A stretch of DNA of 64,000 bases from Pseudomonas aeruginosa PAO1 (GTDB taxonomy: Bacteria; Pseudomonadota; Gammaproteobacteria; Pseudomonadales; Pseudomonadaceae), in NCBI RefSeq assembly GCF_000006765.1, contig NC_002516.2, one strand, 5' to 3'. The notes under the pieces are model-generated. The model saw nothing but the letters and a program-made list of their open reading frames with translations, made no database searches and was not told the DNA's origin. This document shows positions 1 to 9,342 of this stretch, piece after piece (position 1 is the stretch's first letter; each line of letters starts with the position of its first letter). The position numbers and the translations under genes were made by a program.

Positions 1-533
1 ATGGGCTCTCCCTCGGGTTCGTCGCGGAAACGCATCCAGCCGCCCATCTGGCGCGACTTGTTCGAAGAGAACGGCAGGCCGCCCACTGCCCAGCGCATGG
101 CGATGTAGCGAGTGAACTCCGGGGTCACGTTACGGATATAGGGCAGCTCCTGGCTCTCTTCGGGGCCCTTCATCCCGGCCGCCGGCAACGCTTCCACCGC
201 CACCGCCGATGCGCGGGCGACGCCGAAACTGGCCTGGACCAGCGTCACCACCTGCTCGCCCTGACGGACCTCGACCTGGACCTGGCTCACCGCCTTGCCC
301 TCGCGCAACAACCGGGCGCTGAAGCTCGCCGGCTGCTCGGGGGCCAGCGGTCCGACGAAGCTGACGCCGATGGAGCGCAACGGACGCCCCGCCTCGACCA
401 CCGCAAGCATGGCCTCGTAGGCCAACGCCACCACCAGGCCACCGAAGGTGGCGCGGCCCTGGCCCCAACTGGCCGGTACTACCACCGAGGAAGGGTCGCG
501 GCGGACCGCCTGGATCAATTCGGAAAAATTCAT
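1..533 (-). CDS. Acyl-CoA thioesterase, TesB-like double hot-dog family (PA2871-like); 3' end runs off the window
   Basis: Manual translation from ATG at 533: MNFSELIQAVRRDPSSVVVPASWGQGRATFGGLVVALAYEAM..., with the WGQGRxxFGG hot-dog thioesterase motif; open to position 1. Confidence 0.85.
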   Translation of the reverse strand, partial: MNFSELIQAVRRDPSSVVVPASWGQGRATFGGLVVALAYEAMLAVVEAGRPLRSIGVSFVGPLAPEQPASFSARLLREGKAVSQVQVEVRQGEQVVTLVQASFGVARASAVAVEALPAAGMKGPEESQELPYIRNVTPEFTRYIAMRWAVGGLPFSSNKSRQMGGWMRFRDEPEGEP

Positions 534-613
534 GTGTGCCTCGCGAGGGGATTCGAGGGCCCATCTTAGGCGAGGCGATCCTTGGGAAAAAGCCGATCGG
601 AATACCGGCGGCC

Positions 614-1384
614 TCAGTGCCCGGCAAGCGCCTGCTGCAATGTCGACAGGGCCCGTCCGGCACGCTCCCGGGCCAGTTCGAAGCGTGCCGTCCAGACCTC
701 GCGCACGGGCGCCAGGTCCGGCTCGCGCTGGCATCGCAACAGCCACTGTTCGAGGTCGTGCCAATCGCCCAGCGCCGACTGGGCCGCCTTGAGCGGCGCC
801 AGCAGCGAGCCGGGAATGCTGCAATCGTGCGGATAGGCCTCCAGCCCGTAGCGCACGCGCTTGATCCGCAGCCGTAGCGGGTGCCAGTGCTCGTAGGTGG
901 TGTCCGCCAGCTCGGCGCGCAGGGTCTTCCATTGCCGGCGCAGGCGCTTGCGCACCCGGCCGTGCAGGCCATCCAGCACGGCATGCCGCTGGGCCGTACG
1001 CAACAGGGCCGGCCAGACGTCCAGGCAAAGCTGCAGGCGGTGCAGCGGCTGGCTGGCGAGAACCGCCACGTAGCCGGACTCCAGCACCGGCCGGCGCACC
1101 GCCAGCGCATCCCGCAGCCCTTCGGCGGCGAGCGCCGGCAGCAGCACCTCCAGGTCGCGGATCGGCCCGCTGAGCCGCCCGACCTCGGCGGCGGCATGCT
1201 CCAGCTCCTCGACGCCGGGGACTCCGCGGATCGGCCGCAGCAGGCTGCGCAGACGGCGCAGGGCGATGCGCAGGTCGTGCAGTGCCTCGCCATCCGTGCG
1301 CGCCTCCAGGCGGGCGACCGCCGACATCAACGCCACCTGCTGGCCGATCACCTCGGCCAGCAGTTCATCGATGAACCCCGTCAT
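614..1384 (-). CDS. CHAD domain protein (PA2872-like), putative polyphosphate binding
   Basis: 256 aa; EALHDLRIALRRLRSLL, HPLRLRIKRVRY and LGDWHD CHAD motifs; ATGA overlap with tgpA stop. Confidence 0.9.
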   Translation of the reverse strand: MTGFIDELLAEVIGQQVALMSAVARLEARTDGEALHDLRIALRRLRSLLRPIRGVPGVEELEHAAAEVGRLSGPIRDLEVLLPALAAEGLRDALAVRRPVLESGYVAVLASQPLHRLQLCLDVWPALLRTAQRHAVLDGLHGRVRKRLRRQWKTLRAELADTTYEHWHPLRLRIKRVRYGLEAYPHDCSIPGSLLAPLKAAQSALGDWHDLEQWLLRCQREPDLAPVREVWTARFELARERAGRALSTLQQALAGH

Positions 1385-3387
1385 GCCTGCTCCTCTCCCC
1401 GGCCATCCCGCGTGGGCGTGCGCACCAGGCGCCAGGGCAGCGCCCGGCGCAATGCGCGCAGACGCAACCCTGGATCATCGGCACCGCCGTGTCCATAGCG
1501 TTGCGCTTCGAACGCGCCGACGAAGGCCGCGATGGCTGGCGCCTGCGCCGGCAGGACGCGGGCGGCGCGCTCGCCGTAGGAGCGTAGCCCTTCGCCGGGG
1601 GAACGGCGCAGGCCATGCATCTCCAGCAGGCGTTCGAAGCGGCGCAGTTGGCGGCTGCGCAGATCGCCACGGCCTTGCCAGGGCTTGAGCAGGAACAGCG
1701 CGAGCAGACCGACCGACAATATCGCCGCGGCACCGAGCAACAGGCCCAGTCGGGTCGGATCGAGCCCGCCGAACCAGCGCTGCAGGAAGGCGCCCTGCTG
1801 CTCACCCTGGTAGGCCAGGACCCAGCGTTGCCAGCCGTAGTTCAGGCTGTCCCAGGCCAGACGCATGTCGTTGAGCCAGGGCAGGCCACGGTAGCGCAAC
1901 GGCGACAGCGGCGCGTCGGCGAGGTACTCGCTGTCTCCGGCCAGGGCCTGCTCCAGCCCCTGTTCGATCCGTTCGGGCGCCACCTGGTAGGTCGGGTCGA
2001 CGCTCAGCCAGCCCTGCTCCGGCTGCCAATACTCGACCCAGGCGTGGGCGTCGAACTGATGCACCAGCAGGTAGTTGCCCGCCGGATTCAGCTCGCCGCC
2101 CTGGTAACCGGCCACCACTCGCGCAGGAATGCCCGCGGCGCGCAGGACGAAAGCCATCGCCCCGGCGTAATGCGCGCAGAAGCCGCTGCGCGTGTCGAAC
2201 AGGAAATCGTCCACCCCGTCGGCGCCGGTCGCTGGCGGTTTCAGGGTGTAGGCGAAGGGCTCGTGGTTGAAGCGCTGCAACAGGGCCGCGACCAGCGCCT
2301 GCGGTTGCGCATGGGCCTGGCGCAACTCGTCGGCCAGCGCTCGCGCGCGCGGATTGCCGTGCATCGGCAACTGCAGGTTGCGCCAGCGCGTGCGCGGATC
2401 GATGCTGGACTCGCGCAGCGCCTGTGGCCAGGAACTGACTCGGTAGAACAGACGTTGCTCGACCGGCTGCCGCCGCTGCAGGTGGAAATCGCTCATCAGG
2501 CGCGTGTCGGTCTGGTCGGTCTGCGCCACGTCGAGGGCGAACAGCCAGGGCTGCGAACTGGGCTGCATGATCACGTCGTAGCGCAGCTCAGGGCCACGCT
2601 TCTGCCAGTGCAGAGCATCCTCGCCCGACCATTGCGGCGCCTGAGCCCAACGTCGTCCGTCGAAACGCTCCATGGTCAAGGCGCGCCAGTAGAGCTGCTC
2701 GCGCGGCGGCAGTGCGCCCTCGAAGCGGACCCGGAACGCCAGTTCGGCGGAGCGCCCAAGCTCGGCGATATCCCCTGGCGCCATGCTCTCCGAGAGTCCG
2801 GTGACCCCCTTGTTGCCGGGCATCGGCAACGACCACAGCGGCCCCAGGCGGGGGAAGAACAGGAACAGCAGGAGCATCAGCGGCAGCGCCTGCAGCAACA
2901 GCCCGCCGGCCAGCCGCAGGGTCGGCCAGGGCCGGCTGGCGAAAGCGCTCTGCTGCAAGCCGATCAGCGCCGCCAGCAACGCGGTCACCGGCAGCAGGCT
3001 GTACAGCGCGGCGAGGAAACCGTCGTCGAACAGGTAGCCCACCACCACTGCGAAGAAACCGAGGAACACCAGTACCAGCGCATCGCGGCGGGTCTTCATT
3101 TCCACCAGTTTGAGGATGAACGCGGCGATCAGCAGCACCGCCCCCGCGTCCAGGCCCACCAGGCTGCCGCGCGACAACCAGACCCCGGCCCCGGCGAGCA
3201 GCGCCAGGGCCAGCTTGACCCAGGCGCGCGGATAGCCGGCACGCATGCGGAAGACCTGCACCCGCCAGGCCGCGCAACCGAGCCACATGGCCGCGATCCA
3301 CAGCGGCATGTAGGCCAGGTGCGGCAGGATCACCAGTACCTGCGCCACCAGCAGCCAGACCAGCGCGACCCGCGGAATCGCGTTCAT
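1381..3387 (-). CDS. tgpA: Membrane-anchored transglutaminase-like protein TgpA (PA2873)
   Basis: 668 aa from ATG 3387 (MNAIPRVALVWLL); N-terminal TM segments; GFCAHYAGAMA (Cys) and HAWVEYW...D transglutaminase triad. Confidence 0.92.
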   Translation of the reverse strand: MNAIPRVALVWLLVAQVLVILPHLAYMPLWIAAMWLGCAAWRVQVFRMRAGYPRAWVKLALALLAGAGVWLSRGSLVGLDAGAVLLIAAFILKLVEMKTRRDALVLVFLGFFAVVVGYLFDDGFLAALYSLLPVTALLAALIGLQQSAFASRPWPTLRLAGGLLLQALPLMLLLFLFFPRLGPLWSLPMPGNKGVTGLSESMAPGDIAELGRSAELAFRVRFEGALPPREQLYWRALTMERFDGRRWAQAPQWSGEDALHWQKRGPELRYDVIMQPSSQPWLFALDVAQTDQTDTRLMSDFHLQRRQPVEQRLFYRVSSWPQALRESSIDPRTRWRNLQLPMHGNPRARALADELRQAHAQPQALVAALLQRFNHEPFAYTLKPPATGADGVDDFLFDTRSGFCAHYAGAMAFVLRAAGIPARVVAGYQGGELNPAGNYLLVHQFDAHAWVEYWQPEQGWLSVDPTYQVAPERIEQGLEQALAGDSEYLADAPLSPLRYRGLPWLNDMRLAWDSLNYGWQRWVLAYQGEQQGAFLQRWFGGLDPTRLGLLLGAAAILSVGLLALFLLKPWQGRGDLRSRQLRRFERLLEMHGLRRSPGEGLRSYGERAARVLPAQAPAIAAFVGAFEAQRYGHGGADDPGLRLRALRRALPWRLVRTPTRDGRGEEQA

Positions 3388-4337
3388 CGCGCCGCTCCGA
3401 ACAACGCTAGCGCACGCAGGCAGGCCTCGCGCTGGGCCTCGCCGCTGGCCGGTTGCAGGCGTGTGCCGGGCAGCGCCAGGCCATAGGGCTGCTGCCGCGC
3501 GGAGAGTTCCAGGACTGCATGGCACAAGCGGCCCAGGCGACTTTCGAGATCCCCGCCGAGGCGCTCGAATTCCAGCCACAGGTCTTCCCCACCGAGCGCG
3601 GCGAAGTCCTTCACCAGCAGCCCCTGGCCACGGGAAAACGCCTTCCAGTGCAGGCGCCGCCGCGAGTCGCCCGGCTGGTAGGCGCGCAGTCCCTGGTAGT
3701 CGTCGACGCCCGCGCTCGCCAGCGCGCGCCCCTGGTCCTCGGCATCCTCCGCGCCCGGCGCGAGGAGCGGCTCGCCGGCCTGCGGCCGAGGGTAGACCAG
3801 CGCCTGCTGGCGCAGGTCGACCCAGCTCCAGGCCACCAGCAGGCCGAGGGGAAAGCGACTCTCCACCCGCAGGCGCCCCGGCCGCAGCCAGCCGCGTCGC
3901 TCGGTCGGGTGGAACAGCAGCACCTCGGCAGCCGCGTCGCCTGCCAGGTCGGCGTATTCCAGCGGCCGCTCCGGCCAGCCGACGGCGATGGCCTGGCGCG
4001 CCCGCCGCGGGCTTTCCAGGCGCACCCGGAAACCGGCGCGCTCGCCGGCGAACACCGGGTCCGCTCCCAACGCGGTGAGGCGCAGGCCGGCAAGGTTGCG
4101 ATAGGTATGGAGGATGGTCACCACGCCCAGGGACAGCAGCAGGAAGGTCAACCCGTAGGCCAGGCTGTTCTGGTAGTTGATCGCCGCCAGCAGCATCACC
4201 AGCAGCGCCAGGCCGAAAGCGCCGCCCTGGCGGGTCGGCAGGATGAATACGCGGCGCTGGTTCAGCTCGACGCTGCTCGCCGGCGGTATCCGTCGGTTCA
4301 GCCAGCGCTGCCAGCGCGGCCAGTTGCGCAGGCGCAT
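3384..4337 (-). CDS. DUF58 domain protein (PA2874-like)
   Basis: 317 aa from ATG 4337; DYQGLRAYQPGDSRRRLHWKA is a DUF58 motif; lies between MoxR and transglutaminase genes. Confidence 0.88.
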   Translation of the reverse strand: MRLRNWPRWQRWLNRRIPPASSVELNQRRVFILPTRQGGAFGLALLVMLLAAINYQNSLAYGLTFLLLSLGVVTILHTYRNLAGLRLTALGADPVFAGERAGFRVRLESPRRARQAIAVGWPERPLEYADLAGDAAAEVLLFHPTERRGWLRPGRLRVESRFPLGLLVAWSWVDLRQQALVYPRPQAGEPLLAPGAEDAEDQGRALASAGVDDYQGLRAYQPGDSRRRLHWKAFSRGQGLLVKDFAALGGEDLWLEFERLGGDLESRLGRLCHAVLELSARQQPYGLALPGTRLQPASGEAQREACLRALALFGAAR

Positions 4338-5254
4338 CAGAGCGCCGGGACTTCGCGCAACAGCCATTGCACCAGCGCGCCGCCACCGTGCCCGGTGGGG
4401 TCCGCCTGGTCGCGCAGGCGATGCCCGGCGACCGCCGGCAACACCGCCTGGACGTCTTCCGGAATCACATAGTCGCGTCCCGCCAGCAGCGCCCAGGCAC
4501 GCGCCGCGGCGAGCAACGCCAGGCTACCGCGCGGCGACAGGCCGAGGGCGAAGGCCGGCTGCGTGCGGGTCGCTTCGACCAGGCGCAGCACGTAGTCCAC
4601 CAGCGCGTCGCTGGCGCGGATCTTCGGCACTTCGGCCTGGAAAGCGGCCAGCGCCGCATGGTCGAGCAAGGGTTCCAGGCGCGGCAGCAGATCGCGCCGG
4701 GCTTCGCCGAGCAACAGCGAGCGTTCCGCCGCGCGCCCGGGGTAACCCAGCGACAGGCGCATCAGGAAGCGATCCAGCTGCGATTCCGGCAGGGAGAAGG
4801 TGCCGCCCTGGCTGGCCGGGTTCTGCGTGGCGATGACGAAGAACGGTTCCGGCAAGGGCCGGGTGGCGCCCTCGATGGTCACCTGGCCTTCTTCCATCGC
4901 CTCGAGCAAGGCGCTCTGGCTTTTCGGCGTGGCGCGGTTGATCTCGTCGGCAAGCACCAGTTCGGCGAAGATCGGCCCGGGATGGAAGACGAATTGCCCG
5001 CTGTCCTTGTCGAACACCGAGGTACCGAGGATATCGCCCGGCAGCAGGTCCGAGGTGAACTGGATGCGCTGGAAACTGAGCCCGAGCACCCGCGCCAGGG
5101 CATGGCTGAGGGTGGTCTTGCCCATCCCCGGCAGGTCTTCGATCAACAGGTGCCCACGGGCCAGCAGGCAGGCCAGGGCCAGGCGCACCTGGCGGTCCTT
5201 GCCCAGGAGAATCTCATCGACCGCCTTCAGGCAGGCTTCCAGGGTGTTCAGCAT
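4337..5254 (-). CDS. MoxR-family AAA+ ATPase (PA2875-like)
   Basis: 305 aa; HLLIEDLPGMGKTT Walker A, LADEINRATPKSQSALLEAM, ATQNP, LDRF. Confidence 0.95.
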   Translation of the reverse strand: MLNTLEACLKAVDEILLGKDRQVRLALACLLARGHLLIEDLPGMGKTTLSHALARVLGLSFQRIQFTSDLLPGDILGTSVFDKDSGQFVFHPGPIFAELVLADEINRATPKSQSALLEAMEEGQVTIEGATRPLPEPFFVIATQNPASQGGTFSLPESQLDRFLMRLSLGYPGRAAERSLLLGEARRDLLPRLEPLLDHAALAAFQAEVPKIRASDALVDYVLRLVEATRTQPAFALGLSPRGSLALLAAARAWALLAGRDYVIPEDVQAVLPAVAGHRLRDQADPTGHGGGALVQWLLREVPAL

Positions 5255-5284
5255 CCCGACCTCGCGTTTCCGGGGAAAACAGCG

Positions 5285-5312
5285 ATCCTACTGGCCTGGG
5301 GCCAGCCGGCAA
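5285..5312 (-). promoter_or_regulatory. Putative sigma70 promoter for the MoxR-tgpA operon
   Basis: Minus strand TTGCCG-N16-TAGGAT, about 30 nt upstream of ATG 5254. Confidence 0.4.
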
Positions 5313-5483
5313 GGCACTTGCAATTTTTCCTCACGAAACTGTGAAACCGTTGCCACCGGTACTTGCCGGAGTGCCCGCTACAAGCCTAGACGCTGGGGAG
5401 GGACAGGCGCGGATGATGCCTGCGCCAGTCCGGCTCGACACGGCGCGCGACGGTCGCCGACGGCAGGCGTGGGGGAAGCCGCC

Positions 5484-6182
5484 TCAGCCCAGTTCGGCGA
5501 CGATCGCCGCCAGCGCCTTGGCCGGGTCGGCGGCCTGGCTGATCGGCCGGCCGATCACCAGGTAATCGGAGCCGGCGTCCAGGGCCTGGCGCGGGGTGAG
5601 GATGCGCCGCTGGTCGTCCTGGGCGCTGCCGGCCGGGCGGATGCCCGGCGTGACCAGTTGCAGGCCCGGATGGGCGGCCTTCAGCGCCGGCGCTTCCTGG
5701 GCCGAGCAGACCAGGCCGTCCATGCCGGCCTTCTGCGCCAGGGCGGCGAGGCGCAACACCTGCTCCTGGGGCTCGATGTCGAGGCCGATGCCCGCCAGGT
5801 CCTCGCGCTCCATGCTGGTCAGCACGGTCACGCCGATGAGCAACGGCCTGGGCCCGCTGAAGGCCTCCAGCGTCTCGCGGCAGGCGGCCATCATGCGCAG
5901 GCCGCCGGAGCAGTGCACGTTGACCATCCACACGCCCATCTCGGCGGCGGCCTTCACCGCCATCGCCGTGGTGTTCGGGATGTCGTGGAATTTCAGGTCG
6001 AGGAACACCTCGAAGCCCTTGCCACGCAAGGTCTCGACTATACCCGCGGCACAACTGGTGAAGAGTTCCTTGCCGACCTTCACCCGGCACAGTTTCGGGT
6101 CCAGCTGATCGGCCAGCGCCAGGGCGGCCTCACGGGTGGGGAAATCCAGGGCGACGATGATGGGGGACTGGCAGGCGGACAT
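5484..6182 (-). CDS. pyrF: Orotidine 5'-phosphate decarboxylase
   Basis: 232 aa; [33 protein letters not shown]. Confidence 0.98.
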   Translation of the reverse strand: MSACQSPIIVALDFPTREAALALADQLDPKLCRVKVGKELFTSCAAGIVETLRGKGFEVFLDLKFHDIPNTTAMAVKAAAEMGVWMVNVHCSGGLRMMAACRETLEAFSGPRPLLIGVTVLTSMEREDLAGIGLDIEPQEQVLRLAALAQKAGMDGLVCSAQEAPALKAAHPGLQLVTPGIRPAGSAQDDQRRILTPRQALDAGSDYLVIGRPISQAADPAKALAAIVAELG

Positions 6183-6278
6183 GGGCTCTCTCGCGGCGAA
6201 TCGAAAACGGCGCGCATTGTCGCAGAATCCGGCCGTTTGCCGTAGCCCGGAACGCGCCGGGGAGATGAACGTCGTGGA

Positions 6279-7172
6279 CTAGAGGCGGGCGCGGAGCAGT
6301 TGCTCCAGCCAGTCGACGAATGCCCTGACCCGCCGCGACAGATGCCGCCGGTGCGGATACAGGGCGTACGCCGGCATCGCTTCGGCCCGCCACTGCGGCA
6401 GCACCTCGCGCAGCTCGCCGCGTTGGAGGTGCTCGCGCACGTCGTAGGCAGGGATCTGTATCAGGCCCAGTCCGGACAGGCAGCAGGCGATGTAGCTTTC
6501 CGCGTTGTTCACCGTGACCCGGCTGCGCAACGCGCGGGTCAGGGTGCGCCCATCCTCGCGGTACTCCCAGGGCAACACCCGGCCGCTGCTGGGCGAGGCA
6601 TAGTTGACCGCCCAGTGCCGGTCGAGGTCGGCTGGCGTCCGTGGCTCGCCATGCTCTTCCAGGTAGGCGGGACTGGCGCAATTGATCAGTTGCATCTCGC
6701 CGAGGCGTCGCGCCACCAGGCTGCTGTTGCCCAACTGGCCGACCCGCAGGACGCAGTCGACGCCCTCCTGCACCAGGTCCACCGAACGGTCGCTGGAGCC
6801 CAGTTCCAGTTCGATGTCCGGATGCTGGCGGAAGAATTCCGGCAGCGCCGGGGCGATCAGCAGTCGCGCCACCCGGCTCGGCACGTCGACCTTGAGCCGG
6901 CCGCTGGCGCGGCTGCCGTCGTGGAACAGGCTCTCCAGCTCCTCCATGTCTTCCAGCAGGTGGCGGCAACGCTCCAGCACCACGCTGCCGTCGTGGGTCA
7001 GCTGGACCTGCCGGGTGGTGCGATGCAGCAGCCGGCTGCCGAGTTGCGCTTCGAGCTGCTGGACCGCCGCCGAGACCGTCGCCCGCGGCATGTCCAGCAG
7101 GTCCGCGGCCTTGGTGAAGCTGCCGGTTTCGGCAACGCGCAGGAACACGCGCATGCTGTCCAGACGATCCAT
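6279..7172 (-). CDS. bvlR: LysR-type regulator, CrgA-like (PA2877, BvlR)
   Basis: 297 aa; MDRLDSMRVFLRVAETGSFTKAA HTH, LLHRTTRQVQLT; position after pyrF. Confidence 0.8.
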   Translation of the reverse strand: MDRLDSMRVFLRVAETGSFTKAADLLDMPRATVSAAVQQLEAQLGSRLLHRTTRQVQLTHDGSVVLERCRHLLEDMEELESLFHDGSRASGRLKVDVPSRVARLLIAPALPEFFRQHPDIELELGSSDRSVDLVQEGVDCVLRVGQLGNSSLVARRLGEMQLINCASPAYLEEHGEPRTPADLDRHWAVNYASPSSGRVLPWEYREDGRTLTRALRSRVTVNNAESYIACCLSGLGLIQIPAYDVREHLQRGELREVLPQWRAEAMPAYALYPHRRHLSRRVRAFVDWLEQLLRARL

Positions 7173-7289
7173 GGGCAGGCCCCTTCTCTCTATTCGGGAT
7201 GGCTGGACAGTCTATCCATGCCACCTACGTTTATCCAAAGAACCCGGACCAATAGCCTGGAGTCCCTACTCTACTTCCTGGATCCGCAG

Positions 7290-7859
7290 ATGCCCCATGC
7301 AGCGCTTTTGCTTCCTCCCAGCGCGTCCCCGCTGCCGGAAGTGGTCGGTTTCTGGCGCGATGCCGGCCCTACCCTCTGGTTCGCCAGGAACGCCGATTTC
7401 GACCGGCGCTTCCGCGAGCGCTTCACCCACCTCTACGAGCTTGCCTGCGCCAACGCGCTGCGCCCGGCTGCCGATGAAGCCGAGGACCATCTCGGCCTGC
7501 TGTTGCTGCTCGACCAGTACCCGCGCAACGCCTTCCGTGGAACCCCGCGCATGTACGCCAGCGACGCCCAAGCGCGGCGCTGGGCGGAGCGGGCTCTGGG
7601 ACAAGGCCTCGACCGCCAGGTCGGGGACGCGCTGCGGCTGTTCTTCTACCTGCCGTTCGCCCATGCCGAGAACCTTGCCGACCAGGATCGCTCGGTAGCG
7701 CTGAACCACGGACTCGGCCAGCCCTTCCTCGCCCACGCTCGTGAGCATCGCGAGATCATCCGCCGCTTCGGGCGCTTTCCCCATCGCAATCCGATCCTCG
7801 GTCGCCCGTCCAGCGCCGAGGAACTCGCCTTCCTCGCCGCCGGCGGCTTCGCCGGCTGA
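7290..7859 (+). CDS. DUF924 family protein (PA2878-like)
   Basis: 189 aa from ATG 7290; VVGFW..AGP..WF, LLLDQYPRNAFRG, HAENLADQ, IIRRFGRFPHRNPILGR. Confidence 0.88.
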   Translation: MPHAALLLPPSASPLPEVVGFWRDAGPTLWFARNADFDRRFRERFTHLYELACANALRPAADEAEDHLGLLLLLDQYPRNAFRGTPRMYASDAQARRWAERALGQGLDRQVGDALRLFFYLPFAHAENLADQDRSVALNHGLGQPFLAHAREHREIIRRFGRFPHRNPILGRPSSAEELAFLAAGGFAG

Positions 7860-7881
7860 ACCGGGGCTCAGCCGGCCCTCC

Positions 7882-8772
7882 CTAGATAGGCAGGTCGCGA
7901 TCCAGCAAGCGGTCCAGCAACCAGTTGGCCGCCGGTCCCAACGGCCGCTGCCGCGACCAGACCACGTCCACCGCCTGGCTGCGCGGCCAGCCGGACACCG
8001 GCAACTCCTTCAGCCGTCCGTTGGCGTAGCCGCTGACCAGCCAGCGCGGCAGCTCGGCCCAACCGAAGCCGTGGGTGGCCATTTCCAGCAGCAACAGGTA
8101 GTTGGGCGCCGACCAGCAGCGCCCGCCGCTGGACGGCAGGCCGTCGTTGATCGCCGCGCCGGTCTCGCTATAGGTGTTCAGGCGCAGCAGACGCCATTCG
8201 GAAAGGTCGCGCTCGCTGACCCGCTCCAGACCCGCCAGCGGATGGTCGACGGCGGCGAACAGGCCGAACTCGGCACGCTCGGCGACCGCCGCCACGCCCA
8301 GCTCCGGCGGGTAGTGCGGCTGCGCGGCGAGCAGGCCGAGGGTGGCGCGGCCGCGGCTGACCTGGGCGATCACGTCCTGGTCCTCGGCGATCAGGCATTC
8401 GAACTCCAGCTCAGGGTAACGCTCGTCCAGTTCGGCCAGGCGCGCCTCGTAGCGCGCCGAATGGTAGGTGTCGGATAGCGCCAGGGTCACCCGTGGCTCC
8501 GAGCCGCCGGCGAGCAGCGCGGCGACCCGGCGCAGGCGGTCGGATGCGCCGAGGACCTCCTCGACCCGTCCCAGCAGGGTGCGTCCGGCCTCGGTCAGTT
8601 GCGGCTGGCGGCCACTGCGATCGAAGAGTTCCAGGCCGAGGTCGATCTCCAGCCGGGCAATGGCCTCGCTGACGGTCGACTGGCTCTTGCCCAGCTTGCG
8701 CGCGGCGGCGCTGAAGGAGCCGAGGGAAACGGCCTGGACGAAGGCCTCGAGGGATTCGGGCGACAAATGCAT
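7882..8772 (-). CDS. LysR-type regulator of the divergent PACE gene (PA2879-like)
   Basis: 296 aa from ATG 8772; LEAFVQAVSLGSFSAAARKLGKSQSTVSEAI HTH. Confidence 0.92.
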   Translation of the reverse strand: MHLSPESLEAFVQAVSLGSFSAAARKLGKSQSTVSEAIARLEIDLGLELFDRSGRQPQLTEAGRTLLGRVEEVLGASDRLRRVAALLAGGSEPRVTLALSDTYHSARYEARLAELDERYPELEFECLIAEDQDVIAQVSRGRATLGLLAAQPHYPPELGVAAVAERAEFGLFAAVDHPLAGLERVSERDLSEWRLLRLNTYSETGAAINDGLPSSGGRCWSAPNYLLLLEMATHGFGWAELPRWLVSGYANGRLKELPVSGWPRSQAVDVVWSRQRPLGPAANWLLDRLLDRDLPI

Positions 8773-8787
8773 ATCGGTTTTTCCGAT
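8773..8787. promoter_or_regulatory. LysR recognition site (T-N11-A dyad)
   Basis: Perfect ATCGG-TTTTT-CCGAT dyad directly adjacent to the LysR start codon. Confidence 0.7.
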
Positions 8788-8863
8788 GGTATCCAACTTA
8801 ACCCTATCCCAAAGACCGATGACAATACAGCCCGACTTCAACGACGAACCGGGAGCGTTCGCC

Positions 8864-9334
8864 ATGACCCACACCCACACCGCCCTCGACAAGACTCTCA
8901 AGGAGCGGATCTTCCACGCCCTGGCCTTCGAGGGCCTGGCCGTCCTCCTCACCGCGCCGGTGCTGTCGCTGGTGATGAACAAGCCCCTGGCGCACATGGG
9001 TGCGCTGACGCTGATGTTCTCCACCGTGGCGATGCTCTGGAACATGCTCTTCAACAGCCTCTTCGACCGCGCCCAGCGGCGCATGGGCTTCCAGCGCACC
9101 CTGCAGGTCCGGGTGCTGCATGCGATGCTTTTCGAGCTGGGTCTGATCGTGGTGCTGGTACCGCTGGCCGCCTGGTGGCTGTCGATCGGACTGGTCGAGG
9201 CGTTCCTCCTCGACATGGGCCTGATCCTGTTCTTCCTGCCCTACACCATGGCCTTCAACTGGAGCTACGACGTCCTCCGCGCACGCCTGGTGGAAAGCCG
9301 CCAGGCCAAGGCCGCCGGTTGCGACGCCGGCTAG
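8864..9334 (+). CDS. PACE-family (AceI-like) efflux transporter (PA2880)
   Basis: ERIFHALAFEG, WNMLFNSLFD, RVLHAMLFE, YTMAFNWSYD tandem BTP motifs; GGGAG RBS before ATG 8864 (alternative start 8819). Confidence 0.92.
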   Translation: MTHTHTALDKTLKERIFHALAFEGLAVLLTAPVLSLVMNKPLAHMGALTLMFSTVAMLWNMLFNSLFDRAQRRMGFQRTLQVRVLHAMLFELGLIVVLVPLAAWWLSIGLVEAFLLDMGLILFFLPYTMAFNWSYDVLRARLVESRQAKAAGCDAG

Positions 9335-9342
9335 GCCGGCGT

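Noticed and set aside
3388-4386. Apparent 333-aa N-terminal extension making TgpA 1001 aa; likewise 52379-54637 before hisJ, 6300-7289 before DUF924 and 17388-18323 before atuD
   Set aside because: Stop-free alternative frames overlapping real neighbouring genes; homology begins only at the downstream starts
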